Origin: Synergistales bacterium
GTDB lineage: Bacteria; Synergistota; Synergistia; Synergistales; JAFGMB01
Direction of reading: 5' to 3'
Length of the DNA: 64,000 bases
Assembly: GCA_963666205.1 (NCBI GenBank)
Contig: OY762654.1
Span: 1,568,001 to 1,632,000 of the forward strand
Positions within the stretch are counted from its first letter, which is position 1. The number at the start of each line of letters is the position of its first letter. The notes beneath the pieces were generated by a model, which saw only the letters and a list, made by a program, of their open reading frames with translations, searched no databases and was not told the origin of the DNA. Shown in pieces: positions 46,807-57,006 of this stretch. The translations under genes and the position numbers were made by a program.

Positions 46807-48171
46807 TTGAGGCTTAGACTTAGATCTCCCATGATCATCATGTTCATCCTTGATACAATATTCATATGGCTGGTCATCATACTTTACGGCCATCCGGCCT
46901 CAGTCATGGAAATATTCCACTCTTTCATGGTCTATCTTATATACATCTGTTCACTCTATTCGTTCCGTTCCTACGAATTTCTAAGATTCATGAAACCCTA
47001 CGACTGCATATCAGGCACCTTGAAAGGTGCCTTGATCGGCGGATCTGTTAATTATCTTATTTCTGTCTTCTCTATGAGCTATATACCCGCTAATCTCAAT
47101 CACCTGCTTCTGCTGGGTGGAATGGTATTCTTCCCCCTTGAAAGATTCGTTATCTGGCAGATCTATGATCGTTTTATTGAACCTGTCCCCATGATGGTAG
47201 TAGGCTCCAGAGATAAATGGGAAAATATACTTTGTGAAATGATTTCAACCATAAATAACAAGATCCTGATAGTGGGATATTGTGATCCGGAAATATATAA
47301 ATTTGAAGAATTCCTTAAACTGAATCCTCATATTTCCCTGGCCCTCATCACTGAAGAACGCTTTTTAAATGAACCTCTCGTAAGAAAAAAATGCCTTTTC
47401 CTGCTGAAGAAAAATATTGATATCATTTTTCTTCCTCATTTTGCAGAAAATCTCCTAAATCGAATTCCTATTGGAATTGCCATAGAATTCAAGAATTATT
47501 ACGAATTGATATTCAACCAGAAAGAATATGATCCCAAGAAAAGGATCTTTGAAGTTGTCTTCTCGATCTTTGCAATAATTGCCGCATCACCTCTGATGCT
47601 TATGATATCTCTTGTAATACTGCTTGAATCAGGATTACCCATCATTTTTTCCCAGCAAAGAACCGGACTTGATGGTAAGCCTTTCGTTATGCATAAATTC
47701 AGGACCATGTCAAAACCCCAAGGCCTCCACAAACCGGATTTCGCAACAAACGAAGTTTTCAGAATTACAAGATCAGGCCATTTCATAAGGGCCACCCATA
47801 TGGATGAATTACCCCAGCTGTTTGACGTTCTCCTGGGAAATATGAGCCTTATAGCTCCAAGACCGGAACAGACAGAATTTGCAACGGAATACTCTGACAA
47901 GATCCCCTTTTACCACTACCGTCACAGAATACCGCCTGGCATAACCGGTTGGGCTCAGATCAACTATCAGTATTCTTCATGTCTGGCAGAAACAATATCC
48001 AAAGTTGAATATGATCTCTTCTATATCAAGAACCATACTCTGTTCCTGGATATGAAGATTCTGTTAAAGACTGTTGAAACTGTCCTCTCCATAAGGGGAC
48101 TTGAGATCACTGTTCCCGAAAAAGAAGAGGGGAATATAAGAAAAGAACTTACCGATGAAGAATCAGGTTAA
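46807..48171 (+). CDS. Polyprenyl-phosphate glycosylphosphotransferase (priming sugar transferase)
   Basis: N-terminal TMs, KR.F, HKFRTM, DELPQL, PRPE, PGITGWAQ, YDL.YI. Confidence 0.92.
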   Translation: MRLRLRSPMIIMFILDTIFIWLVIILYGHPASVMEIFHSFMVYLIYICSLYSFRSYEFLRFMKPYDCISGTLKGALIGGSVNYLISVFSMSYIPANLNHLLLLGGMVFFPLERFVIWQIYDRFIEPVPMMVVGSRDKWENILCEMISTINNKILIVGYCDPEIYKFEEFLKLNPHISLALITEERFLNEPLVRKKCLFLLKKNIDIIFLPHFAENLLNRIPIGIAIEFKNYYELIFNQKEYDPKKRIFEVVFSIFAIIAASPLMLMISLVILLESGLPIIFSQQRTGLDGKPFVMHKFRTMSKPQGLHKPDFATNEVFRITRSGHFIRATHMDELPQLFDVLLGNMSLIAPRPEQTEFATEYSDKIPFYHYRHRIPPGITGWAQINYQYSSCLAETISKVEYDLFYIKNHTLFLDMKILLKTVETVLSIRGLEITVPEKEEGNIRKELTDEESG

Positions 48172-48414
48172 TTAACTGAAATATGATGGGGGTCAGAGTT
48201 GTTCCAGAACCCGCATGGATCCTGAATAAAACCTTGATTGCATTTATACAGATGCGATCCTCATGATATTTTGATCTTTTACCCGGATCACAATCTTTTC
48301 ATTACCCCAATCAACTCTACACAGGAAACATTATCTGATTACTGTAAAAACACTCACCATGCCTTTCACCCAACTACCTTTCATTCTCATAAACTGAAAA
48401 AAGGAGGAATTTCA

Positions 48415-49689
48415 ATTAATTACGACCAGAATATCAGCTACCCTCAGGAGAACATATCTGACCAGGACCAGACAGGATTTCTGAAATACGCAAACGATCT
48501 GGCATGGATAATTATTATTCTCAGCATGCATATCATGTATTTCAACCTTGGAAATATCCTTAGAACAAATATCACTTCATCATTGGCCTTACGGCTCATT
48601 GGTATGACCATGTTCATTATTCTCAATATCAGGCTTCGAAATTCCCAGTTGAATCTACTTCTTCTGCCCATAACCCTTTTCTGGGTTTTTTTCCTGCTTA
48701 ACCTGAATCTGTTCTGGTTATGGAATAGAGGATGGAATATTTTCGAGGTCTTTAAACAGGTTGTTCTACTTTCTTTGGGTCTATTCTCTGTTTTTGCAGC
48801 ATCACAGAGAAGCAGCCTGAAGAACAGTCATTCATTTCTCAAGATATATTTCTGCTTTCTACGCCTGAATATCCTGTTTATTCTTCTCCAAATTATACTG
48901 AACCACTTTTTCAAAATTAATCTTATCTTTCCATGGCAGGGAACACCTTTGCTTGCCGGATCTTTCAGACCTTGTGGGTTATTGGGAGAACCAGCCCACG
49001 CGGGTATCTTTTTCATGGGGATCCTTTTTTTAAGAAGCCAGCATATCAGGGAAAGAAGATCTCTCCTGATATGGAGCATATTGGCTCTTTTCTTTACCTT
49101 CTCCCTTATTTCCATAATCGTAGCCTCAGCCCTTACTGTAAAAATATACTTTTCTCTTGATAGGGTATCCAGAAAATACCCTCTGCTTATCTGCATCGCA
49201 GTGCTGTCCATATTCATAATCTACAGGGACCACCCAAGAATAATAAGGATACAGGGCTCTCTTTCATTTTCAGGAGGATCGGCATACCCCAGGGTAATAC
49301 AGGGATTAAAGATCTATGGCGGGTTAGATCTGAAAGAAAAGTTCTTCGGTATCTCTCCCGGCAACGATCTTGTAAAATCAGAAAAACTGGCCCGACAAAC
49401 CCGGAACAGGCCATATTTCGACGATTTTATAAGCGGGATGATGGGCGAACTTATCTCTTACGGTCTGATTCCTTCTATTATGATCAACCTCCTGATTCTC
49501 CAGTGTCTTTATTTCAACAGACATCCAAAATGGATAATGTTATTTGTCATATTAATGCGTTTCGGGACTCAGTTAGGCATTGATAACCCTTTTCTGCCAT
49601 TTATTCTCATGCTTTCTATCTTCAGCAGCTCAGGACCAGATATTAGCTCAGTTGGAACCGCAGCATCTGGAAAGGATGTCGTAAATTGA
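48415..49689 (+). CDS. Putative Wzy polysaccharide polymerase (start uncertain)
   Basis: About 10 hydrophobic segments, RP.GL.GEPAH, GS...R, FG...G. Low GC and locus context. Confidence 0.7.
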   Translation: MNYDQNISYPQENISDQDQTGFLKYANDLAWIIIILSMHIMYFNLGNILRTNITSSLALRLIGMTMFIILNIRLRNSQLNLLLLPITLFWVFFLLNLNLFWLWNRGWNIFEVFKQVVLLSLGLFSVFAASQRSSLKNSHSFLKIYFCFLRLNILFILLQIILNHFFKINLIFPWQGTPLLAGSFRPCGLLGEPAHAGIFFMGILFLRSQHIRERRSLLIWSILALFFTFSLISIIVASALTVKIYFSLDRVSRKYPLLICIAVLSIFIIYRDHPRIIRIQGSLSFSGGSAYPRVIQGLKIYGGLDLKEKFFGISPGNDLVKSEKLARQTRNRPYFDDFISGMMGELISYGLIPSIMINLLILQCLYFNRHPKWIMLFVILMRFGTQLGIDNPFLPFILMLSIFSSSGPDISSVGTAASGKDVVN

Positions 49690-50834
49690 AAGTCGCACTT
49701 ATCGATCCCTTTCAGCGAGGCCACCATAGAAGTTATTCCACCATTCTCTCTGAAGGACTGTTGGAGAAGGGCATTGAAACAGTGTATATGGGCAATAAGG
49801 AGATAGCTGACTATTTAACTGAAAAGGGGATTCAGGCCCATCCTTTGAATTTACGGGATCATAATAATCCGATTATCCGAGAGGGCGCAAAGTTCGCATT
49901 TGTAAAAAAGGCTTTATCATTAAGTAGAGGAAATGTAGATATTGTCCATTTTCTCTACGCTGACAGGTTCATCAGGTCCCTGGGATTTTTCAGTAACCCT
50001 GAAAATGATTCCCCCTTATGTGCAACCATTCACTGGGGATATCTGCTTCCAGAATTCTATACAGGAAGGAAATTGGATAGCATCAAATGTTCTTCTGAAA
50101 ACATGGCCCTTGGGAAAATTATCAGGAACGGTTCCAGAATAATGGTTCATTCAGAAATTCTTTCGAGAAGGTTCGCCCAATGTAATGGAACTGACTCTTT
50201 TGATCCTGTTCCATATCCGATCGAGATAGACCCGCATGACACTTTTGATTCTGAAGGGTTCAGAAAACAGATGGACATTCCTCAAAACTGCACACTCCTA
50301 CTTTGTTTCGGGGAGGCACGATACGAAAAAGGTTTTGACCTTGCCATCAGATCTCTTTCCCATCTTCCTGAATATTTTCATCTCGCCATATGCGGCCCCG
50401 AAAAAGACCTGAAAAAGGATGATCTTTTTAATCTCGGACAAAAAATGGGTGTATCCCCCAGGCTTCATCTTAACCTTCGCTATGTATCTGAAAGTGAGAT
50501 GATATGCTGGTTCATGGCATCGGATCTTCTCCTCATACCTTACAGGAAACCTTTTTCCGGCCAGAGCGGTCCCCTTATAAATGCCGCAAATCTTGGGCTT
50601 CCAGTAGTTGTCTCAGATCTTCCACTTTTGAGAGAAACGGTTGAAAAATATACAATTGGGAAAATTTTTGAAGAGGGAAACCTGAACTCCCTTGTCAATA
50701 CAATACTGGCCATATCCAAAGATCTGTCAAAGGTCAGGAATCTTACCTTTATAAAAGATCATTCTCCTGAAAAATTCGTAGATTCTGTTATCAGAAGCTA
50801 TTTGAGAACTCTTTCTCAAAAAGAAGGGCAATAA
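49686..50834 (+). CDS. GT4-family glycosyltransferase
   Basis: GHH..Y, FG..R.EKG.D, PY....QSG....A...GLPVVVSD. Confidence 0.88.
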   Translation: MKVALIDPFQRGHHRSYSTILSEGLLEKGIETVYMGNKEIADYLTEKGIQAHPLNLRDHNNPIIREGAKFAFVKKALSLSRGNVDIVHFLYADRFIRSLGFFSNPENDSPLCATIHWGYLLPEFYTGRKLDSIKCSSENMALGKIIRNGSRIMVHSEILSRRFAQCNGTDSFDPVPYPIEIDPHDTFDSEGFRKQMDIPQNCTLLLCFGEARYEKGFDLAIRSLSHLPEYFHLAICGPEKDLKKDDLFNLGQKMGVSPRLHLNLRYVSESEMICWFMASDLLLIPYRKPFSGQSGPLINAANLGLPVVVSDLPLLRETVEKYTIGKIFEEGNLNSLVNTILAISKDLSKVRNLTFIKDHSPEKFVDSVIRSYLRTLSQKEGQ

Positions 50835-50836
50835 TA

Positions 50837-52183
50837 TCAGTTTTGGACGTTCATAGATGAAATGATCATGGTTTTCCTGTTTATCACATAAATGGTTGAA
50901 GGTATAACAGAAACAAGAGATATTAATGCCACATATGTAACTGAAAGGTCAAATCCTGAAAAGATCAGGCCTGTCAGGAGAATGAGATTGCCTCCTGTCT
51001 GGATAAGATTGAAAATAAAGCAGTAACTTACTCTTCCCATTCCGATAATAAAATAGTAAGAGGGAACCCCCATAAGGCTGAAGAATGTAGCACCAAGGAA
51101 CAGGCGGAAAACGGGGAGAAGGATAGAATTAAAGCTGCTCCCAAGCCACATCCTCAGAAGCTGCTCACATAAAATAAAAAGAGGAAGGTAGAGAAAAAAA
51201 CCTGCAAGAACAATGATGCGGTTAGCTCTTTCATTTATGTCTTTGAGATGCCTTAGTCCTTCGTTAGAATACAGGGTTGAAAATTTACTCACCTCTGGAA
51301 CAAACGCCCTGAATCCACTTTCCACAAGACTTCTTATCTGCATTGAGCCATTAAAGGCAATTTCATATACGGGTACAAAGCTCAGACCGATATAACGTGT
51401 AATTATGAGTTTGTTGAAGGGATTTACAATGATATTCAAAAGCATTGTTCCAAACATGCCGCTTCCGAAAGTCAATAATCTTTTAAAACAGGATAGATCC
51501 CTGAAATCCAGTATAAAAGGGGAAAAACCCGTTATACTCACAAAAATAAAGAGAGTCGCTCCGCATACAAGTAAATATGATAGAGAAGCTCCTGTAAAAA
51601 GGGCTTTTATGCCGAATCCCATGCGAAGGCCTATAACAGAGAAGCTCACCGTCAGGATCCTGTTTATTAACAACATATAGTTTGACAGATCCATTCTTCC
51701 CAGCCCCGAAATACCTGCATTAAGGCTTTCAACAAGCATGACAAAAATTGAAAGGATACCTGTGGGAACAAGGAAAATCGACACGATCCGGGAATTCTCT
51801 GAACTGAGGTTGAACAGGGAAACTATATATGAATTCCCAAAATGTACAACAAAGACAATAAAAAATCCAATCAATATGAGCAATATGCATGAATTGGTCA
51901 TATATATCCTTACCTTACGGATATCATCCCGTCCGAACTCTTCTGCCACAAGCTTTACAAGAGCAGGCTTTATCCCGAGATTACCTATCTGGGCAAGACT
52001 TAGAACAATGGTAAGGATCAACCATATACCATACTGCTCAAAGCCGAGAAATTTCAGATAGAGAGGATAGGAAAGTATCGAAACAACAATATTTACAGCC
52101 GTACAACCTACCCCTGAGAGAAAATTTCTTCCAAGCTGATCTGTATGAAATGCCTTTAATAAGACATTTGTAATTTTTTTCAT
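50837..52183 (-). CDS. Wzx-type oligosaccharide flippase
   Basis: About 12 TMs, P.YL..LG.EQYG.W, LG...A, P.VS, WLG. Confidence 0.85.
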   Translation of the reverse strand: MKKITNVLLKAFHTDQLGRNFLSGVGCTAVNIVVSILSYPLYLKFLGFEQYGIWLILTIVLSLAQIGNLGIKPALVKLVAEEFGRDDIRKVRIYMTNSCILLILIGFFIVFVVHFGNSYIVSLFNLSSENSRIVSIFLVPTGILSIFVMLVESLNAGISGLGRMDLSNYMLLINRILTVSFSVIGLRMGFGIKALFTGASLSYLLVCGATLFIFVSITGFSPFILDFRDLSCFKRLLTFGSGMFGTMLLNIIVNPFNKLIITRYIGLSFVPVYEIAFNGSMQIRSLVESGFRAFVPEVSKFSTLYSNEGLRHLKDINERANRIIVLAGFFLYLPLFILCEQLLRMWLGSSFNSILLPVFRLFLGATFFSLMGVPSYYFIIGMGRVSYCFIFNLIQTGGNLILLTGLIFSGFDLSVTYVALISLVSVIPSTIYVINRKTMIISSMNVQN

Positions 52184-52245
52184 TTTGAACCAATGGATAT
52201 TTGAGAAAAAAACAAGCCTGAAATCTGAAGCATAACAGAACTCCT

Positions 52246-52995
52246 TTATGTCGAATATATATGTTGTCTGATCTTATGCTTGATAGAACGTGAAATCCTT
52301 TTCATGGGAGAAATATTGAGAGAAGTATTGGAAGTTCCCATAAATCCTTCAAGTTCAGGAACAACTGGCGGAAGAGACCACTTTCTATCCTGGGATAATC
52401 CAAGATGGACAGCCCTTGCCAGGACGTGTTCAAAGAAAACTCCTCCTGTATCATCAATTATTTCAGAAAGGGGAAACAGGTAATTAAGGAAAAAATATCT
52501 GGAACCTGTGAAGACCTGGCTGTCAGAATATCGAAGATTCTCTCTGAAGGTACATACTGCATCAAGATCAGGATTGTTTCTCAGGAAATCCGTAAGGAGG
52601 TACATATTTTTTACAAAATATCGTCCATTAACTTTTATTAAAAAGGGGTTCCCCCACTTATCCACTATCCCTGAACGGTCAAGGATATATTTTAAAGTCA
52701 TCATCTCTCCATATCCCTTACCCCGAGAACGGGGGAAGTCTTGCCCGTAAAAACTCAGAAATTCTGTTTCACATCTTCCTCCTACTGCCGCCATTTCTTC
52801 AAATTCTAAAAGATCGGCCCCCGAATTCTCACAGAATATTATCCCGTCAAGACCATCCGTTCTCAGCCATTTGGCCAGGGCCTGTTTGTAATCCTGATAT
52901 CTCTGTTCCTTATCGGTCCTTTTCATGAAAGAAATACCCGACGGATCCACAGTAGCTGTAAGGATAAGACATACTGCCTTTTTCTCGTCATTCAT
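52246..52995 (-). CDS. Hypothetical polysaccharide-locus protein (possible glycosyltransferase)
   Basis: Soluble 249 aa with ILTAT, R...Y, ENS, GKGYGE, K.NGRY and FE motifs. Lies between the epimerase and flippase genes. Confidence 0.6.
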   Translation of the reverse strand: MNDEKKAVCLILTATVDPSGISFMKRTDKEQRYQDYKQALAKWLRTDGLDGIIFCENSGADLLEFEEMAAVGGRCETEFLSFYGQDFPRSRGKGYGEMMTLKYILDRSGIVDKWGNPFLIKVNGRYFVKNMYLLTDFLRNNPDLDAVCTFRENLRYSDSQVFTGSRYFFLNYLFPLSEIIDDTGGVFFEHVLARAVHLGLSQDRKWSLPPVVPELEGFMGTSNTSLNISPMKRISRSIKHKIRQHIYST

Positions 52996-53046
52996 TTTTG
53001 CTCCCCCCCCTTTTTAATGGTCCTGAAGATCCTTTCCCTATCGGGA

Positions 53047-53598
53047 TTACTCATTATAGATAAAAGGAGTTCTGAACTGTTCAAAAGAAATGAACTTCCC
53101 ATCCCTTTCCGATAGCACCGGATCAGGGTCGGGCCACTGCATATTTATGGAACTCCACAAAATTCCAGAATCGCTCCCGGGATGATGAACTGATGAGGCC
53201 CTGTACATTACAATGGCCTCATCAGTGAGGGTATAGAAACCATGGCCAACTCCGGGAGGGAGATAGAGCATTCCAGCCCTCTCAGGCTCTATCTCAACCG
53301 AAAACACCCTTCCGTAGGAAGGAGAACCCTTTCTGAGATCCACTATTACGTCCAGGATTTTTCCCATTGGACAGAACACCGTTTTAAAATGCTCATGGGG
53401 AGGTGTCTGGAAATGAATTCCCCTGAGAACCCTTTTCCGGGAAACGGAATAATACCCCTCAGCGATCCTGAAATCCAGACCTCTTTCTTTCAGAAGATCC
53501 CGGTTGAGATGTTTCACGAATCTTCCTCTCTCATCCCGGAAGATATCCGGAAAGATGATGTAAACCCCGGGGATCTCTGTGTTCCTTATATCCAGCAT
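53047..53598 (-). CDS. NDP-4-keto-6-deoxyhexose epimerase (RmlC/RfbC cupin family)
   Basis: D.RG.F, S...VLRG.HFQ, DV.VDLR.GSP, HGF, SERD. Confidence 0.9.
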   Translation of the reverse strand: MLDIRNTEIPGVYIIFPDIFRDERGRFVKHLNRDLLKERGLDFRIAEGYYSVSRKRVLRGIHFQTPPHEHFKTVFCPMGKILDVIVDLRKGSPSYGRVFSVEIEPERAGMLYLPPGVGHGFYTLTDEAIVMYRASSVHHPGSDSGILWSSINMQWPDPDPVLSERDGKFISFEQFRTPFIYNE

Positions 53599-53603
53599 CC
53601 CTG

Positions 53604-54911
53604 TCACCTTCTGAAATAGGAACGAACTGTATTTATCATGTGATCCAGCATCTCCCGGGTAAGTCCAGGATATACCCCTATCCACAAGAGGTTGTTCATT
53701 ACGTAATCAGTATTTGCAAGTTCCTGGGGAACACGATGGACCTGTCCCTTGAAGGCGGGCTGCTTGACCAGGTTCCCTCCGAAAAGAAGCCTGGTGCCTA
53801 TCCTGTTTTTCTCCAGATGATCCACCAGTGCATTTCTTGAAGAATAACTCCCCTCCCTTAACCCCATGGGAAAGCCAAACCAGGATGGTTCTGAGCGTCT
53901 TTCAGCATCTGTAAAAAGTAACACATCTTCCAGATCTGCAAGGCCCTCCCTCAGAAAAGAATAGTTCTCCCTCCTCTTCGTTATGAACATGGGGAGCTTC
54001 TTCATCTGGGAACATCCCACAGCCGCCTGCATATCAGTAACTTTAAGGTTATATCCCATGTGTGAATAGACGTATTTGTGATCATAGCCGAAGGGTAGAT
54101 CTCCATGCTGTTGAGCGAACCTCTTTCCACAAATATTTGACTGACCGGGTCGGCATCGGCAATCCCTCCCCCAGTCCCGGATGGAACGCACTATTTCGGC
54201 CATTTCAGGATCATCAGTGACCACTGCTCCACCCTCTCCCATTGTTATATGGTGGGCAGGATAAAAGCTGAAGGTGGAGAGATCACCGAAAGTCCCCACC
54301 TTCCTGGAATCATAAAGGGATCCCAGGGCATCACAGCAGTCCTCCACCAGCCATAGTCCGTTATCTCTGCAGAAGGAACATATCCTTTCCACATTGAAAG
54401 GATTACCCAGGGTATGGGCTAGCACAACTGCCCTGGTTCGAGGAGAAAGGGCCTTCTCCAGATTTTCAGGATCAACGTTACAGGAAGGAATAGAAACATC
54501 AACATACACCGGAACTAATCCATTCTGATAAATAGGGCTTACTGTGGTGGGAAACCCTGCCGCCACAGTTATCACCTCATCCCCTTCCTTAAGGGAACGA
54601 CTTCCCAGCCGGGGAGATCGAAGGGCGCTTATGGCTACGAGATTTGCGGAGGATCCCGAATTGACCAGAAGACAGCTTGATACACCTATATATTCTGCAA
54701 ATTGTTTCTCGAACCGCTCAGCATAGGGACCGCTTGTAAGCCAGAAATCCAGGGACGCTTCCACAAGAAGTGAAATATCCTCCTCATCAAAAACCCTTCC
54801 ACTCACTTGTACAGCGCTCTTTCCAGGTATGAAATCATCAGGAGGAAAGGAAGAGAAATAATACTGTTTTACCATTTCCAGTATCCTATTTCTGATATCC
54901 GTACAATCCAT
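53604..54911 (-). CDS. rfbH: CDP-4-keto-6-deoxyglucose 3-dehydrase (E1, DdhC)
   Basis: NSGSSANL, AHTLGNP, EDCCDALG, SFYPAHHITMGEGG (His at the PLP-Lys position), WGRDC.C.......C, YDHKY. Confidence 0.93.
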   Translation of the reverse strand: MDCTDIRNRILEMVKQYYFSSFPPDDFIPGKSAVQVSGRVFDEEDISLLVEASLDFWLTSGPYAERFEKQFAEYIGVSSCLLVNSGSSANLVAISALRSPRLGSRSLKEGDEVITVAAGFPTTVSPIYQNGLVPVYVDVSIPSCNVDPENLEKALSPRTRAVVLAHTLGNPFNVERICSFCRDNGLWLVEDCCDALGSLYDSRKVGTFGDLSTFSFYPAHHITMGEGGAVVTDDPEMAEIVRSIRDWGRDCRCRPGQSNICGKRFAQQHGDLPFGYDHKYVYSHMGYNLKVTDMQAAVGCSQMKKLPMFITKRRENYSFLREGLADLEDVLLFTDAERRSEPSWFGFPMGLREGSYSSRNALVDHLEKNRIGTRLLFGGNLVKQPAFKGQVHRVPQELANTDYVMNNLLWIGVYPGLTREMLDHMINTVRSYFRR

Positions 54912-55983
54912 TGGCTCGCTCCATAAATTCGTTTACCTGCCCCAGACCGAACTGGTACATATCCCCACCTCTATAAAGGGTTTTAACCCAGTCTATGGTA
55001 TATTCAAAGGCATTTTCAATATCCAGAGATGATCGCCATCCCAGGATGGATCTGACTTTACTTGTATCCAGGGAAAGAAATGAAGTTTCATGGGGCTGGT
55101 CAGGAGACGAAACATCAACCCATGAACCGCTACCCCATTTCCGGATGATCAGCTCCACACATTCTTTCACCATCATAGGACGACCCTCTGTGGGACCGAA
55201 GTTCCAGGCTCCGTTGAGCACTCCCTTGCTCTTGAACATCTTTGAAGCCAAGAGAAGGTAGCCTCCCAGAGGATCAAGCACATGCTGCCATGGCCTCACA
55301 GCTTGAGGGTGCCTTATACTTATGGATCTTCCCTCCAGGAGAGATCCCATACAGTCCGGAATCAGCCTGTATTTCGACCAGTCCCCGCCACCTATTACAT
55401 TTCCCGCTCTCACTGTAGCTACAGAAGGCCTGATACAACCTTTCCGAGGATCGAAAAAGGAGGCTATGTAGCTTTCCACTATCTTTTCGACACAGGCTTT
55501 ACTTGAACTGTAAGGGTCCTCCCCTCCAAGAATATCGTTCTCCCTGTATCCCCAATCCCACTCCATGTTCCTGTAACACTTATCACTGGTTATAATGAGG
55601 ACAACTTCAACAGAAGATGTCTTACGAACGGATTCGAGAAGATTGACTGTACCCATAATATTGGTCTCAAAGGTCTCTCTCGGATCCTCATAAGATGGGA
55701 TGACAAGAGCCTGAGCAGCCAGATGGAATATGAATGTGGGCAAGTAGGACAGAATAACCTCTTTCAATCGGGAAGAATCTCTAACATCACCTCTTATATC
55801 AACCATCCGGGCAGACAATCCGGAAACAGCAAAGTTATCCTTCTCTGTGGAAACATGATCGGAATAGCCAACCACTTCTGCACCAAGGGAAAGAAGCCAC
55901 ATGGAAAGCCAGGATCCTTTGAATCCCGTATGACCTGTTACCAGAACACGTTTCCCCCTGAAAATATCTTCAAAAGACTCCAT
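54886..55983 (-). CDS. rfbG: CDP-glucose 4,6-dehydratase
   Basis: TGHTGFKGSWL, HLAAQ, TSDKCY, DPYSSSK, RAGNVIGGGDW, RPWQHVL. Confidence 0.95.
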   Translation of the reverse strand: MESFEDIFRGKRVLVTGHTGFKGSWLSMWLLSLGAEVVGYSDHVSTEKDNFAVSGLSARMVDIRGDVRDSSRLKEVILSYLPTFIFHLAAQALVIPSYEDPRETFETNIMGTVNLLESVRKTSSVEVVLIITSDKCYRNMEWDWGYRENDILGGEDPYSSSKACVEKIVESYIASFFDPRKGCIRPSVATVRAGNVIGGGDWSKYRLIPDCMGSLLEGRSISIRHPQAVRPWQHVLDPLGGYLLLASKMFKSKGVLNGAWNFGPTEGRPMMVKECVELIIRKWGSGSWVDVSSPDQPHETSFLSLDTSKVRSILGWRSSLDIENAFEYTIDWVKTLYRGGDMYQFGLGQVNEFMERANGLYGYQK

Positions 55984-55984
55984 G

Positions 55985-56758
55985 CTACCAGACCTTCCAG
56001 AAAGCATTTCCACTGTTCCATAGCTCATTCAGGTAGTTAACGTCCCTTTCATGATCCATACAGGCCCACTGACCTCCATGACGGTAAACCGCGATTTCTC
56101 CTTTTCCTGCAAGCTCCTGAAGGGGACCTCGCTCAAAATCGCAGTTTTCATCCTCTGTGAGATAATTCATAAGTTCCATGTTGAAAACCATAAACCCTCC
56201 ATTTATAAACCCCTGGGAAGTCTGGGGTTTCTCCTCAAAACAGCATACCCTGTTCTCTTCTATCACAAGCTCACCGAACCTTGAGGGAGGATGAACTCCG
56301 GTAAGGGTAAGAATTTTTCCCTGATCCTTATGAAACCTGATTAGATCATCAATAGGAATATTACCCACTCCATCACCATATGTAAGAAGGTTGATACCGG
56401 GATCAAGAAAGGGTTCCACCTTTTTGAGCCTTCCTCCCTTAAGGGTATTGAGTCCCGTGTTGATAAGGGTGACCTCCCAGTTATTCTCTTCATGACCATT
56501 GATAAAATCCACAGAATCATTTTTCAGATCTATGGTGAAATCGTTGTTACAGCTCCTGTAATGAAGAAAATAATTCTTTATGACCTCCCCCTTGTATCCA
56601 AGACATATGATGAATTTTGTTATTCCAAAGAAGGAGTAGATCTTCATGATATGCCAAAGGATAGGTTTCTCACCAATGCAGACCATTGGCTTTGGGATTA
56701 CACTTGTTCTCTGCCCGAGTCGGGTTCCGAAGCCACCTGCCAGAATTATTACCTTCAT
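55985..56758 (-). CDS. rfbF: Glucose-1-phosphate cytidylyltransferase
   Basis: ILAGG.GTR, PKPMV, LGYKG..IK.YF, TYGDG, INGGF, W.CMD. Confidence 0.95.
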   Translation of the reverse strand: MKVIILAGGFGTRLGQRTSVIPKPMVCIGEKPILWHIMKIYSFFGITKFIICLGYKGEVIKNYFLHYRSCNNDFTIDLKNDSVDFINGHEENNWEVTLINTGLNTLKGGRLKKVEPFLDPGINLLTYGDGVGNIPIDDLIRFHKDQGKILTLTGVHPPSRFGELVIEENRVCCFEEKPQTSQGFINGGFMVFNMELMNYLTEDENCDFERGPLQELAGKGEIAVYRHGGQWACMDHERDVNYLNELWNSGNAFWKVW

Positions 56759-56928
56759 GGATAGCCCCTTTCGCAAAAAAGCAAATTGACACGGATAAGA
56801 TCCTCTTTTCACTTTTTTGCTACATAAAAGGTATTCCAGGAAAAGACTTATTAAGGAGGATGGTTCGTATATGGTTGGTCTTAAAAGTGGATATGGAAGG
56901 AGAAAAGCACTATATGTCTATGTAATGT

Positions 56929-56957
56929 ATTATAATAATAAAAAGATGATATTTCAA
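56929..56957 (-). promoter_or_regulatory. Sigma70 promoter of the rfbFGH operon
   Basis: TTGAAA (56957-56952), 17 nt, TATAAT (56934-56929). The AT-rich context lowers specificity. Confidence 0.6.
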
Positions 56958-57006
56958 CTTAATAGATAATGTGCCAGTATCCGGATATCCGCAAGGAGAA
57001 GAGATC

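Noticed and set aside
53003-53010. C8 tract (and G9 near 4670) as phase-variation sites
   Set aside because: Both are short and intergenic, and length changes would not alter SD spacing or frame.
56871-56969. 32-aa ORF after AAGGAGG upstream of vanZ
   Set aside because: SD spacing is about 11 nt, it overlaps the predicted rfbF promoter, and it has no recognisable features.
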